DNA of 64,000 nt from Eledone cirrhosa (GCA_964016885.1 OZ024740.1:203918001-203982000); one strand, 5' to 3'; positions 39,023-53,489 are shown, numbered from the stretch's first letter. Numbers and translations are program-made. The notes: generated by a model from the sequence alone, not told the origin.

Positions 39023-40474
39023 TTAGCAATGATATATATATGTATGCAATTTGGTATTAGTAAGTGTGGAGTCCTTGTGATGAAGAGGCGTAAATTGAGC
39101 AGAAGCAACGGAATCCAGGTACCAACAGGTGAGATGATAAAGGAAATTGACTCTGAAGAAGGATACAAGTATTTGGGTGTTCTGGAGGCTGATGACATCA
39201 AGAACAAAAAAAGTGAAGGAATTGATAATATCTGAATACATTCGGAGAGTAAGAAGCGTATTAAAGTCACATCTGAACAGTAGGAATGCCATAAGTGCAG
39301 TAAATTCCCGAGCTGTGTCTATTATTAGGTACAGTGCGGGAATTCTGAGATGCAATGTTGCTGAACAAAAAGAAATGGATAGGAAGACTAGGAAGCTATT
39401 GACTATCTACAACATGTTCCACAAGAGGAGTGATGCCGATAGACTCTACTTAAGGAGATCTGAAGGTGGAAGAGGTCTTATCAGCATAGAGGACCGTGTT
39501 CAGATGGAGAAAAACAACCTACACAAATACGTGACTGATAGTAAGGAGCCAATGCTCAGAATTGTACTGTAGGAGAAGACAATAGACCAGGGGATGTCCA
39601 AGGAGGAAATAACAACAAGGAGAGAGAGCAGCCTTCATGAAAAATCCCTTCATTGTACCTTCTTTGAGAAACCTGAATTCAGAGATCCACAGACATGGAA
39701 CTGGTTGAAAAGAGGAGACCTTAAAAAGGCTACAGAAGGAATGTTAATGGCTGCGCAAGAGCAGGCCCTCAAAATGAAGTGGTTGAAACACCATATTTAC
39801 AAGGAGGAGGCTAGCTCACTGTGCAGGGTCTGTGGAGAGAGAGCGGAGACTGTGGCTCACATTGTATCCGAGTGTAAACACCTAGCCCAGATTCACTATA
39901 AGGTCTGGAGACATGATGTGATGGGCAGGGTGATCCACTGGCACCTATGCAAAGTAAACAATTTACCACATTCTGAGAAGTGGTATGAGCATAAGCCAGA
40001 GTCGGTGATAGAAAACGATCAGGTGAAGGTGCTGTGGGATTTTAGGATACAGACGGACAAGAAACTGGAACACAATAGACCTGACCTGGTGGTTTTGGAC
40101 AAGGAAAAAAGATCGTGCCTGATTGTGGATGTGGCCTGCCCATTCGACACGCGAGTGCAAGAGAAGGAGAGGGAGAAAATTAACCGATACCAGGACTTAA
40201 AGTGGGAAGTAAAAAGGATTTGGAACTGCCATGAAGTCAAAGTGGTCCCGATTGTCATAGGCGCACTAGGTACTATCTCAAAAAGTTTCCAGGGATGGTT
40301 AAAGAAAATTGGCCCCGCCACGCTTTTTGAAACGCTTCAAAAGGCATGCTTTCTGGGAACAGCAAGAACCCTCCGATACGTCCTGAATATCTGAGGCTGC
40401 AGGTAGTGGCTTGATATTCATTTCAACAAACTTTCCAGTTAACTAACATCAATGACTGAGACTCAAAGAACAAC

Positions 40475-40541
<67 letters not shown>
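39023..40541 (+). mobile_element. 5'-truncated R4/Dong-type RLE LINE between (TAA)n tracts
   Basis: YKYLGV, RLYL.R.EGGRGL, CRVC....ETVAHIVSEC, RHD, NRPDLVV..D..K..RY motifs; (AAT)n at 39005-39022 and 40475-40541. Confidence 0.9.
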
Positions 40542-41534
40542 GGGAAGAAGACGCACGAGGTGGTAGAAGGTCATGAAATCGCTCCCGTAAGTTTTTGATT
40601 TTTAACATATTTAAATCAATTGTGAAATAACAATTCTTAGTACAAATGTTGCATAATCCACCGAATGAAGTCCCATACAATTTCGGATCCATATTATATT
40701 GTTATATCGCTCAAATATTCAATTTTGTATTATATATTTTGTATTAAAAAAAAAGAAAATGGTTATAAATGGAAGAAAACACCCTCTGTCTACACTATAT
40801 AGAACAGCCAAATAACAGCAATTTCACCAACACCAGAAAGTTGATACACCACCTATCCCATCACACTAAATATAACAGCCAGATAACGGCAATTTCACCA
40901 CCACCACCATCAATCCCGGCATGATAATAATAATTACTATTATTATTGTCTCAAATTTTAACAAAATGTTTAATCCCAACTTTACGGGAATATGTCAACA
41001 CAATATATATTAAACATACGAACACAAACTCATAGATACTACATATCACAAAACCCAGTAACCACAACGCCACCGCCGCCACCACCCCATCCATCATCTT
41101 GCTACCACTATCCCATCGCCGCTGCCACCACTCCTTCATTGCTACCACCACTATTCCCCTGTTAACTTGAGAGAGAAAGGGGAAGGTGGCGGTATCACTA
41201 GACAAGGGAGAGGCTAGCAAAAGATATAAATAGATTGACTTAGTAACCTGGCCACCGGCCAAACGTCAACAGCAACAACTATGGGACTGCTGGCTCACCC
41301 CTTCCTCACCAACAATATAAAAAGCCCCGGCACCACCACCGACATAGCCAACAACAATAACAGGCAACTACAGCTAAAAGTATATTATATTATTGTAATG
41401 CACTGGGTGATTGCTGGCCTTGTGCCTGGAGTGGAGACAATTATTAATAATTTCATTCTTAAGCCACGCAATGCTCACATTAAGGAACCACTCATGATAA
41501 TAACAATTTAAAAAAAAACAACAAAAAGAAAACC

Positions 41535-44500
41535 CCGTGACCAAGAAATACCGGGATGGCGGCCGGCGGGGAATAGCCGTGTCTCTAGGGGAGAACGACC
41601 CCTCTAGTCTTGGTTGACACTCGTTCTAGAAGTGGTAACACGAAATGATTACCCCTTGGCGGATAAGGATAAAACGCGACAAAATAAAGTAAATGTCTAA
41701 TGATAAAATCTCATACCGGATCGGCCGTCACCCGGGTAAAAAAGGGCCGCGTCCCTCAGAGAGGAACCAGACTGGGGTCGAAAAATCAGCTAATGGTTCA
41801 AACCTTCCCATCACTTCGGAGCTGGAGACCTCCCATAACCGGAATACTCCTACTGTTGGCCCTCCATGCTCACCACCAAGAAATCCAAAGAAAAAGAGAG
41901 AAAAATGGTCAAGGGAAGATAATAAAGAAGTCCTTGAGGCTTTCTACACTGTCATGTACTACCCATCAAATACATCGAATACAGAACAGACATATATCAA
42001 CTGGAAAAAGAAATATCCCGAAAACAGAGGCTATATTGACAGTAACAAACTAGCCAATATACGAAGAAATATTGTAAGAAAAAAGTTACTAACTGATATA
42101 GAAATTGATCAGATCAAGCTATTAGCACAAAGTCAGCGAAGGGAAAATGAAACATGTGTCAGTGAAAATGAGGTAAACTGTAACACTTCGAACCCCAGGG
42201 TTGGGGCGGAATCACTGGCAACAGAACAAATTAAAGAAAGGATCGAAAAAGTGGAGGGAGTGCATGCTCAGGATGAAACTCCAAATGAAAATAATGAGAT
42301 CGTAAATGATAAAGAAATGAATGAGAATGAACTTGCCAACTTGAAGGATGAAATTATGATCGAATGGATGAAAATGAAAGAATCTGACATGGGGCAACGA
42401 GACACCCTCCCTAAGATCCAGAACTCCAAACAGAACCAAAAGATAATACACAAGACTAACATAATTCTCAAAAACATTATCATCACAAACAAACTAAACA
42501 TTACTGATTTAAATCATCTCTATTATGCATCGGCTAAAGTCACCACTCACTTATGTGGAGTGAAGATGAAAAAACAAAGGAATTCCCACAAGAAATCTAC
42601 TTGGCAAGAGAACATCAATCGCCAAATAAACCTTCTCCGATCTGACATAGAAATTTTAACAAACTATAAAGTAGGTGAACATGTTAAACAAACTAAACTT
42701 AGAAAATTGAAAAAAAGTACAGTATAAAATCAACATGTGACATAGACATGCTGATAGAAATAATCAAGCAAAAAGTGTCGGCCAAAGCTGCTCGTATAAG
42801 GCGCTTTGAAAAACGATCTAGATTCTATAAGGACAATAATATGTTCAAAAACAACCAAAGAAACTTCTACAGAAAAATTGGTAAGTCAACAATAACTGCT
42901 AAATCAATACCATCCAAGGAGGAAGTGCAAGAATTCTGGGAAAAGATCTGGGCCGAAGAAAAAGTTCATAACATACATGCCCCATGGATAGACAGACAAA
43001 TGAAAGATACAGCTCACCTTGAGGAACAAATATGGGAAAATATAACAGTTGAACAGTTGCGCTTGGCTCTAAGAAAAACCAGCAAATGGAAATCCCCAGG
43101 AAAAGACAAAATACAAAACTTTTGGATAAATGCCTTCACAGAGTCTCATGAGCTGTTAGCCCAACTTTACAATGAAATAGTTAAGGAGCCAGAAAAGATA
43201 CCATCATGGCTAGTTAACGGCATTACATTCCTGCTTCCGAAGAATGATGAGACAAACAATCCCAAAAATTACAGACCGATAACTTGCTTGACCACAATGT
43301 ATAAAATTTTAACATCAGTCCTAACTGAATACACATATGACCACCTGATAACAAATGACCTATTTCCCATTGAGCAGAAAGGGTGTAAACGAGGCTCATA
43401 TGGCTGTAAGGATCAGCTTCTGGTTAACAAAATGATACTGTAAGATTGTCATAATAGACACAAAAATCTATCGATTGCTTGGATAGATTATAAAAAAGCA
43501 TTCGATAGTTTGCCACACAGTTGGATTGAAAAATGTTTAGAGATTTTCAAAATATCCCCCGTTGTCAGGAGGTTTTTGACATGGAAAACGACACTCCTTT
43601 TGAATAGCGAAACAAAATCACTGGAAGCTGGAGAAGTTAATATGAATTGTGGAATTTTTCAGGGTGACTCTTTATCACCGCTTTTATTCTGCATCGCACT
43701 TATACCATTAAGTAAAATGCTCAATGAAACAAAACATGGATATAAAGTCTATGACAAAACCATTAATCACCTGTTCTACATGGATGACCTGAAACTATTT
43801 GCAAAAAATGATGAACAATTGCAAGGGCTATTATCCACTGTGGAGCAGTTCAGTGATGACATTAAAATGGAGTTTGGACTAGATAAATGCACCAAAGCAA
43901 CGTTCACCAGAGGAAAGCTGCTGAAGAGTTCAGACATTAATCTTGATCGGGGGAACGTGATAAGAGAACTTGATCAAGAAAAAACTTACAGATATCTATG
44001 TGTTTGTGAAGGAGACGGAATCAAGCACTCGACAATGAGGGAAAGGATAAGGAAGGAATGTTACCGCAGAGTAAGAGCAATCTTAAGAACGGAATTGAAT
44101 GCAAGGAATAGGATCGATGCCATAAACACGCTTGCCATACCAGTAGTAACCTACAGTTACAATGTCATCAGCTGGTCAAGCACAGAGATCCGTAGGCTCG
44201 ATACAAAAATTCGAAAATTCTTAACCATGCACAGAATGCATCACCCTAAGGCAGATATAGATAGAATATATCTCCCTAGGAAAGAAGGAGGACGTGGGTT
44301 AATCCAGTTAGACATTGCGTTGAAAACTGCGACAATTGGATTATCTACATATCTAAGGGAATCACATGATTGGATGATCAAACTCGTTTTGAAACACGAA
44401 AGCATCAAAAGATCATATTCCATTACAAAAGATGCACAAAGATACAGTAATGGACTACAAATTTCAGAAGTCCCATTTACTGCTGAAATGGAAAACACAG

Positions 44501-45470
44501 AAAAAGCAAAGCAGGTAAAAGTAACTGCAAAGAAAGAACTGCTACAGAAACTGGCTAAGAAATGGCAAGAAAAGCCTCTGTATGGAAAATACCCAGAGCG
44601 AGCTAACAATCCTGATGTTGACAAAACTTTAACCCATCAGTGGTTGGCATCCTCTGGACTGAAATCGGAGACTGAAGGACTGATTATATCAGCACAAGAT
44701 CAGTGTCTGCCAACAAAAAATTACCAAGCCAACATAATAAAAAATGGATGCAGCCCATTATGCCGTGTATGCAAAAAACAACCAGAGACAATTGACCATA
44801 TAATTTCAATGTGCAGTCCTATAGCTCCAACCGAATACCTAAACAGGCATGACAGAGCTGCACAATACATACATTGGATAATGTGTAAGCATTTTGACCT
44901 GCCCCATCAAAAGAATTGGTGGGAGCATCAACCACATCCCATACTTGAAAAAGATCACATCTCAATCCTGTGGAACTTTAGCATCCAAACAGACCGAAAA
45001 ATAGATGCAAATAGACCTGATATAATATTGAAGGACTTTAAAAAGAGGGTATGCCTGCTAATTGATATGTCTGTTCCAATAGACAAGAATGTATCTATAA
45101 AAACATTTGAAAAATTGAGCAAGTATAAGGACCTGGAGATAGAAATGGGAAAAATGTGGAAATTGAGAACTAAAACAATACCAGTGGTTGTAGGCGCTCT
45201 GGGAATGATACCTAAGGGGTCTATTGATTACTTATCGCAAATCCCAGGAAACCCGCGTATAGGAGAAATATAAAAGATAGTACTAATGGGAACTGCCCAT
45301 ATACTAAGGAAGATTCTGTCAATATAAGTACATCACAAGTCTAAACACTAAAGATGCATGTGTGAGTATGTATGTTCTTTCTTGAACATGGCGGACCTTG
45401 TTGTCTCTTGAGGTCACTGGTTGTGACTTGGTGATAACTCGTATGAACATAAAGCAAGATAAATGCAACT

Positions 45471-45523
<53 letters not shown>
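41535..45523 (+). mobile_element. Near full-length R4/Dong-type RLE non-LTR retrotransposon with (TAA)n tail
   Basis: Structured 5' UTR, single long ORF broken by a frameshift and stops, 3' UTR, (TAA)n at 45472-45523. Confidence 0.92.
41693..45327 (+). pseudogene. RT + CCHC + restriction-like endonuclease polyprotein (disrupted near 42727, 43443 and 45273)
   Basis: KSPGKD, YRPITCL, QKGCKRG, DYKKAFDS, GIFQGDSLSPLLF, HLFYMDDLK, CRVC..ETIDHIISMC, RHD, NRPDII. Confidence 0.93.
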
Positions 45524-45524
<1 letters not shown>

Positions 45525-45528
<4 letters not shown>

Positions 45529-46715
45529 GAGAGCACCAATGAGTGGATGTTGGTGTTAGTAAGAGAACACGAAAACCAAAAGAAACTATTCAGTACTCAA
45601 AGAGGCAGGAAACTACAGGAAAGAACTATATACTGAAGACATACAACTAAATAAGGAAGCTGACCTAATTCCAACTAAGGCAGCAAAAGTCCACAGAAGC
45701 AAATCAAAGTTAGAAGGTCTAAAAACATTTAGAGAAAGATGGCAACAAAATCCTCTGCATGGTCAATTCCCACTTCGCACCCATGTGTGGCTACGAAGTT
45801 CGGGATTAAAAGCCGAAACAGAAAGCTTTAGTTTTGCTGCCTTGGACCAGAGCCTCTTTACTAGGAATTATTCGGGAAATATTCTCAGAAATGAAGCAAA
45901 CATCAAATGCAGGATATGTGACGTACACTTTGAAACAATTGACCATATAATACCAAGATGTCGCACACTAACACCAACTGAGTATAAGATTGGACATAAT
46001 ATGCAAAAAAATACAATGCAAAACATACTGGTATGAATACAAGACTGAAGGAGCAACAATCCTTTGGAATTCTACCATTCACATTGATCGCCACTATTAA
46101 TGCAAACCGCTCTGATATTGTTATTAAAGATTTAAAAACATGATCTGCTCACTTCTTGACATGACTGTACCGTCTGAAAGAAATGTGTCAGAAAACGAGT
46201 ATGAGAAACTTACTAAATATAAAGATATAAAAATTGAAATAAACAGAATGTGGCACCTTAAAATACAAACTATTCCGGTAGTGACAGGAGCTCTAGGTGT
46301 CATAAAGAAAGGTAGTCAAAAGTTTCTAGAAAATATAGTTGGTAACCCTAGCATCTATGAAACCCAAAATATAGTTCTAACAAGTACCACCTACATACTT
46401 CGTAAATGTTTGTCTTTGTAATATATGTCAACACAATCTGTTTTGTTTAATGTTAATACCATTGAAATATCCTGAATACTAAATGAATTTATATTATTTA
46501 TACTCCTTAAGACTTCTTTTTATCTTTTCCTCCTACCATTTTAAATTTTCTCTCTTTCTTTTTAACTTATTTTCCTATCAACTTTTGTGATGTGACTTGT
46601 TAAGTGAATGTGAGGACGGAAAACTATTTATCGAAAACTGTCAAAACCAACGATACCTGCCCCAAGTATCTGGATGGTACTTAGTAGTCATAGCACATAA
46701 AGTGAAATCAAAGGA
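45525..46715 (+). mobile_element. Older decayed R4/Dong-type 3' fragment directly after the (TAA)n tail
   Basis: WLRSSGLKAETE, CRIC..ETIDHII..C, EKLTKYKDIKIEINRMW, IPVVTGALG; ends at GATAATAATAAT. Confidence 0.85.
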
Positions 46716-46721
46716 TAATAA

Positions 46722-47865
46722 TAATGTTTCTACTTTTGGCACAAAGCCAGCAATTACTCCAGTGCATTACTGGTACTTTATTTTATCAACCCCGTAAGGA
46801 TGAAAGGCAAAGTTAACCTCGGCGGATTTGAATTCATAACGTAAAGGGTCATAACTCTATGCTGCAAAGCATGGTGTGTGACGCTCTATCGATACTGCCA
46901 TACTTTAGGCACAATCCCAGCAATTTGAAGAAGAAGGGGGAAATCGATTAAATTGACGCCAGTGCATTACTGGTACTTTATTTTATCGACCCCGTAAGGC
47001 TGAAAAGCAAAGCTAACTCCGGCGGGATTTGAACTCAAAACATAAAGGGACATAACTCTTTGCCGCAAAGCTTATTGTTCGATACTCTACCGATCCTGCC
47101 AATCCACCGCCCTTGATAATAATTGTTTCTTATATAGGCACAAGGTCAGCAATTTTGGGGGCAAGGAAAGTCGATTAAATCGACCCCAGTGCCTGACTGG
47201 TAATTTATTTTATCGACCCAGTAAGGATGAAAGGCAAAGTTAACCTCGGCGGGATTTGAACTCAGATCATAAAGGGCCGTAACTCTATGCTGCAATAAAT
47301 GGTGTCCGACCCTCTACCAATACTGCCAATCCAGCGCCCTTTTAAAATGTGGCTGGAAGAAACATACACTACTACTACTGATAATAATGGTTTCTTTATA
47401 TAGGCACAAGGCCAGCAATTTGGGGGGAGGGAAAAGTCGATTAAATCGACCCCAGTACGTTACTGGCACTTTATTTTATCGACAACGTAAGGATGAAAGG
47501 CAAAGTTAACCTGGCAGGATTTGAACTTAGAACGTAAAGGGCCATAACTCCTATGCTACAAAGTATGGTGTCTCACGCTCTACCGATACTGCCAAAACTG
47601 CCCTGGATAATGATAATAATAATTGTTTCTACTTTTAGCGGGGTCGATAAAATAAATGGTTTCTGATTTAGGTGCAAGGCCAACAATTTGGGGGAGGGGA
47701 AAGTCGATTAAATCGACCCCAGTACATTACTGGTACTTTATTTTATCGACCTCGTAAGGATGAAAGGCAAAGTTAACCTCGGCGGGATTTGAACTCAGAA
47801 CGTAAAGGACCGTAACTCAATACTTCAAAGCATATTGTCCGACACTCTACCGATCTACTGCCAAT
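46722..47865 (-). mobile_element. Head-to-tail array of about five to six Meta-type SINEs
   Basis: Repeated TTTTATCGACCCCGTAAGGATGAAAGGCAAAGTTAACCTCGGCGGGATTTGAACTCAG separated by AAT-rich spacers. Confidence 0.88.
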
Positions 47866-47939
47866 ACAGATAGATAGATGATATATGTATGCATGTATGT
47901 ATGTATGTATGTATGTATGTATGTATGTTTGTATGTGTT

Positions 47940-48254
47940 TGTGTTTTGGACCTCCGTCAATTCCAACGACGAGTGTTTCTGTAGATTATATGAATGGAAC
48001 AGCCTGGTAGCAAAATTAACGCGCAGGGGGTTAAATATTCCACAGGCACGTGTATCTTTAACTTAGTTCTCGTAGATGTTCAGAATGATATAGAGTATGA
48101 TAATTGCAGGTACAATTCATTGGTGGGAGCTGAGTGGCCTGGTGCAACGTGAAATAAAGCGTCTTGCTTAAGGATATAACGAGTTGCCGGGAATCGAACT
48201 GATGACCTAACGATCATGAGCCGAAAACCCTAAACACTAGGTCACACGTCTTCG

Positions 48255-48255
<1 letters not shown>
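47940..48255 (-). mobile_element. CORE-type SINE
   Basis: Reverse complement of the 23936 family, including GGGAATCGAAC (B box). Confidence 0.75.
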
Positions 48256-48337
<82 letters not shown>

Positions 48338-48526
48338 TACACACACCTGTTTTCCCAATAACTTATCCAGTTATTGACGCCCTGGGGTGAAGTGGTATCT
48401 TGTCTTTAAAGCGTAGAAATATCCTAGACCCCCAGTAGACAACTGATGAGGACCCCCCTGTTCTGGCTTTCTTCGTATTCCCACTGCATTTTAAGTTACC
48501 TTAAATAGCAACTACACAGCCATTTC

Positions 48527-48649
<123 letters not shown>

Positions 48650-48728
48650 TCGCTTTCTGCTATTTCAAGCGTTAAATTAATATATTTCTTCCATCTACTG
48701 TGCCGTTTGTTTTGTTATCTATCTTTAC

Positions 48729-48829
<101 letters not shown>

Positions 48830-50284
48830 CCACAGTGCCAGATAAGGGAAGAGAAAATACAATAGACGAAGTTAGGGAAGAAAGTGTATTTTTTTACTTT
48901 CTCGTGTATTATGCTTATTTGATCGATGAGCAAACGGATGGAGCCAGATATTGTTGAATCTGTCAATAATTATTTGCTTAAATGTTTAGCTATGGTTTTA
49001 TTATGTCAACTATATTTTACAAACAGAAGTAATACAAGGATGGAAATATTTAGAAAAAAATATATATAAAGAAAATTAAGTTATGAAAAAAACAAGGGCG
49101 GAAGGGTAAAGAAGAGGAGATGTGACTATATAGGAAAATAAAGGAAAGGACTATAAATGCCATAAATGTGAAGAAAGGGAGGGAAAGAGCAAGGATTATT
49201 AGGCAGCGGGAGAAAGAGAGGAGGAAGAAGAGGTGACAGACTCTGTGCCTAGGTCGGGGTGGTAATGGTAATCCAACTAAATGGGAACTAATAACCAGAT
49301 ACATGGATATTTCACTGCTTTGTCTTCTTTTTATAGAAATGAATATATATATATTTTTTTTATAGAAATAGATATATGTTTTTTTATAGAAATAAACATT
49401 TATTTTTTTCTGACAGACGAAAAGAAAGATTATATTTTGCTGCTCTTTGTTTGAATATGAAGGAAATACAAAAGTTTAAACTACTCAAAGTGTGATCAAC
49501 ACGTCTCAACACACAGAAATACAATGGTGTGGATAAAAGAAGCCAGAAAAAAGGTGGGGAAACGTTTTCAATCTGAAAAGCCATTTTTAATAAATCAGAC
49601 TATCGGAGCCGCACAATATATTAAAAACAAAGATACATACAAGAAAACATGAATTTAACTAACTTTTTTCTTAATACAATTTTGGTTTAAAATTATATCT
49701 GAAATTGCCTCAATGTTCGGCTCATACGTCGTTGTTTTTTTTTTTATATAAGATTGTAGATTTAATAAAAATAATGAAGTTATATTCAGAGTTCATAAGA
49801 ACCACACGAGATAGGCTATAGAGCCGAAGGTTCACAACCACAATCAGAATATTGTTATGAAAAATTTATCTGTAATATATACTATACCTTTTTCTTGTTT
49901 CTGTTGTGTTAAGGCACCACCTTACAGTTGCGTATATCGATCCTGTTGCCTAAATATTACTTATTATATTGATTCTAGTAGGTTCAAAGTTAAAGTTTAT
50001 ATAGGTGGGATTTGAACTTAGAATTCGACGATACGTAATGAAATGCTATTAAACATTTTGTCGAACACTTAGTCGATTCAGCCTTCCACTGTGTATATCA
50101 TAATGAAAATATTTGTTTTAACATATTTGATATGTACTATATTCATCAAATACTGATCTGAAGAGCATATGGATGGTCACGCAGAAAAGATTTCTATTTG
50201 CTGTAGATTCAATTTAACATACTGCTTCTGGTAATCCCGCTAGGCGCCAATCTTATTGAGTAACATTCCTGTGTGAAATGCAAT

Positions 50285-50900
50285 GGACCCCCGTCAGTTA
50301 TAACGATGAGTGTTCCAGTTGTTCGATCAATGGAACAGCCAGTTCGTGAAATTAACATGTAAGTGTATCCTTAATATAATTATCATAGAGATTCAAACTG
50401 ACATGCTGTGTGACACGACTAGCATTTGAATTACAGGTACAGTTCATTGGACTGGCTATCACACAGTCTCTATTTATGGTAAATGACATTCTCCTGAGAA
50501 GCCGCACAGAAGTCTCGAACTCGGAACCTAATTATTGCGAAGCAAACTTCTTAACCATTCGACCATGCTGCGTTCATATTCCGATTTGGGAATTCTGTGA
50601 AGAGATCAAAGGAAAGAACTGGTGAAGACAATGGTGAGGAATACTGAGAAAATCAGTAAGAGATATTTTAAGTGGGTTAGGGAGATATGGCGTAATGTAT
50701 TACAAGAACAGTAGATATAGTCAGGCGGAAGAAAAAGGGGAGTAAAGATTAGGCTAATAAAATTCAGTGGTTAAGGTGTAGGGCTTAAGTTCAAAAGGTC
50801 GTGGGTTCTATTTTGGAACTGAGTGGTGTGTTCCATCCTGACACAAAACACTTTATTTCACGCTGCTCAGCTGGAAACAAATGAGTTGCGACGTCACTGG
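50285..50900. mobile_element. Decayed CORE-type SINEs (50285-50570 minus; ~50763-50900 plus)
   Basis: ACGATGAGTGTTCCAGTTG..GAAATTAAC; AGTGGTTAAGG..GGGTTCTATT..ACACTTTATTTCAC. Confidence 0.6.
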
Positions 50901-51062
50901 TGCCAAGCTGTATCAGCCTTTTTTTTCCCGCAGAAAACATCAGTGTTGTGCAGAGGAAAACTGGCATGCGTGCGCGACTGCTGGTCTCCTACAAAAGCAT
51001 CTCACTCAGGCTTGCACATTGGAGAGGTTTTTCCAGGTGCACACATATGACCAGTTATATAT

Positions 51063-52560
51063 CTTCTTCTTCTTCTTCTTCTTCTTCTTCTTCTTCTTCT
51101 TCTTCTTCTTCTTCTTCTTCTTCTTCTTCTTCCTGGAAGGGTCGTGAGGGCAAAATCCTCAAACACTCCTGCCAGCGGGTCACGTCAGAAGCAGTTGCCT
51201 CCAATTGATCCGGCTGGATCTCCAAGGCAGACCTGTCCAGCCAAGCTCATAGATGTTATCCAGCCATATTGCTCGGAGTTTACCCCCTAGCTGCTGGTTG
51301 GTTTTGCCCGTAAAATATGTCCAGTGATTCTTTCCTGAGACATTCTAACCACATGCCCGTAATATCGGAGCTGTGATTTCTCAATTCGACCCCGAGATAC
51401 TTGAAATACTCCACCTGCTTCAGCGGAACTCCATTCACATGTACAGTACACAGTGTAGGCTTCCTTGAGAGAACGATATCTCAATCTTTGCAGCACTTAT
51501 TTTCATTTCCAGCCATGCAGTACTCGGCATCAAACCTATCAAGTGCATGTCGAGTTAAGTAATACCATGCCGTCTGCAAATTCCAGCTGACTGATTTTAC
51601 ACTCACCAGTCATGGTATCACTTGCAACCCGGCTGCGTATGCCAATCCTGTCCATGAAAATAATGAACAGGAGTGGTGACTGTACACACCCTTGGCGGAG
51701 TCCGACTCCCACATTAAATGGTTTCGATTTAGCACCATTTGTCCGTTTGGCATTCGTATAGAGACATCAGGGCAGCAAGAATTTGACCATTGATACCATA
51801 CTCCAGCACAACCTTCCACAGTAGATCCTGAGGAACACGGTCATACACCTTTTCAAGTTCTACAAAAAAGAATATACCTCTTGGCAATACTTCCACAATT
51901 TTTCGAAGACTTGCTGCTGGGTGAATATTTGGTCGACAGTGCTGCGTCCGGGGCGAAAACTACACAGTTCATCAGCTAAAAAGAACTCGACAATCTCCCT
52001 GCATCTCTTTGCCAGACAGTTAGCATACATTTTACTGGGGAGACTTCACAAGAAGACCGCTCTATAATAGAAACAATCCCTGTGGTCTGCCTTTTTGAAA
52101 ATTGGGATTATCATTCTCGATTGCCATTGCTTAGGTGCCTTTCCAGAGATCCAGGCCACCCGACACACGAGTCAACCAGAGAATACCTTCTCTATTTAAG
52201 GCTTTTAACATCTCAGGCCGGATTTCATCTTCCCAGCGGCCTTGCCACATTTGAGCTCTTTAAATGCTCTTGTGACCTCAGCCTCTGAATGATTAGTCAC
52301 CGCTCCCAAATGCACCTCGTGTACATCAGAAGATGCTGTTGTCATCGGGTTTAGGAGATCAGCAAAGTATTCTCGCCACCTCTCTGAAGAGAGAACTACA
52401 AACGCGTTCCTGATAGCAGATGCGGAGGAGGGCTTCTTATTACGAAGTTGGTGGATGGTCTGACAAAACACTTTATTTGCTGATCTCAAGTCGGATTCCA
52501 GCTTAACCCCAAAGTCCTCCCATGTCTTAACTATGGACACCTTTACTGTCCCTGCTGCGA
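51063..52560 (-). mobile_element. Decayed RTE-clade LINE (RT to 3' end) with (GAA)n tail
   Basis: LKCGKAAG, GVGLRQGCVQSPLLFIIFMDRI, QVEYFKYLG and QLRYYGHVVRM across shifted frames; (TTC)n at 51063-51132. Confidence 0.8.
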
Positions 52561-52966
52561 TTCTTTATTCTTTGCCCGCTTATAAATTTTTCAGATTTTC
52601 CCACCCCCACTCGCTCTTTAAATATTGCTAATTGATTTCCGAAGAAATGTTATTTTAAGTGGTAGCATTCCTGCGACAATTAATGATCTTTATACATTAA
52701 AACACATTATACCTGACAAAAGTACATTACTAGAAATCCCATATGTTATAAAATAAATAGGATGGGTTGGGGGGTTTCAATATGTAGACTTATTCTGGTT
52801 TTTAAAGAAATCAATGGACAACCAAGAAAAATTATCGATCTCCCTGCATCTAATTAGATCTACATAGCAAAATTATAAAATTATAAAATTAAATTGTTAG
52901 AGAATACCAACTAAAAGTAAATTCATTCTTTTCTTCTTTTCAAATATATACTGTATATATATATAT

Positions 52967-53037
<71 letters not shown>

Positions 53038-53060
53038 TAATACATACATAATACATACAT

Positions 53061-53181
<121 letters not shown>

Positions 53182-53489
53182 AAGTAAGGTAACAATATAG
53201 TCAGTGTGTGCTGAAATGATTTAGCAAGAAAAACTATTTTCTAGAAGTTATTGATATCGAATTTGATATTGAATGGTCACTGAAGCTAGAATCACTGAGG
53301 ATAATGCAAGTCGATAAGAAAATACAATATAACATAGGTGTGTGTTGCCGATGGTATTTTCTTTGTGTGTATAAGTATTGGTATCATGTTTTTCATTTGT
53401 GTGAATATACTGAATATCAAATTCTACTTTATTGTGTCTTTCATGATTATAGTGCATGGCTGTTTTGTTTGTCTCTTATCTGAATTGAT

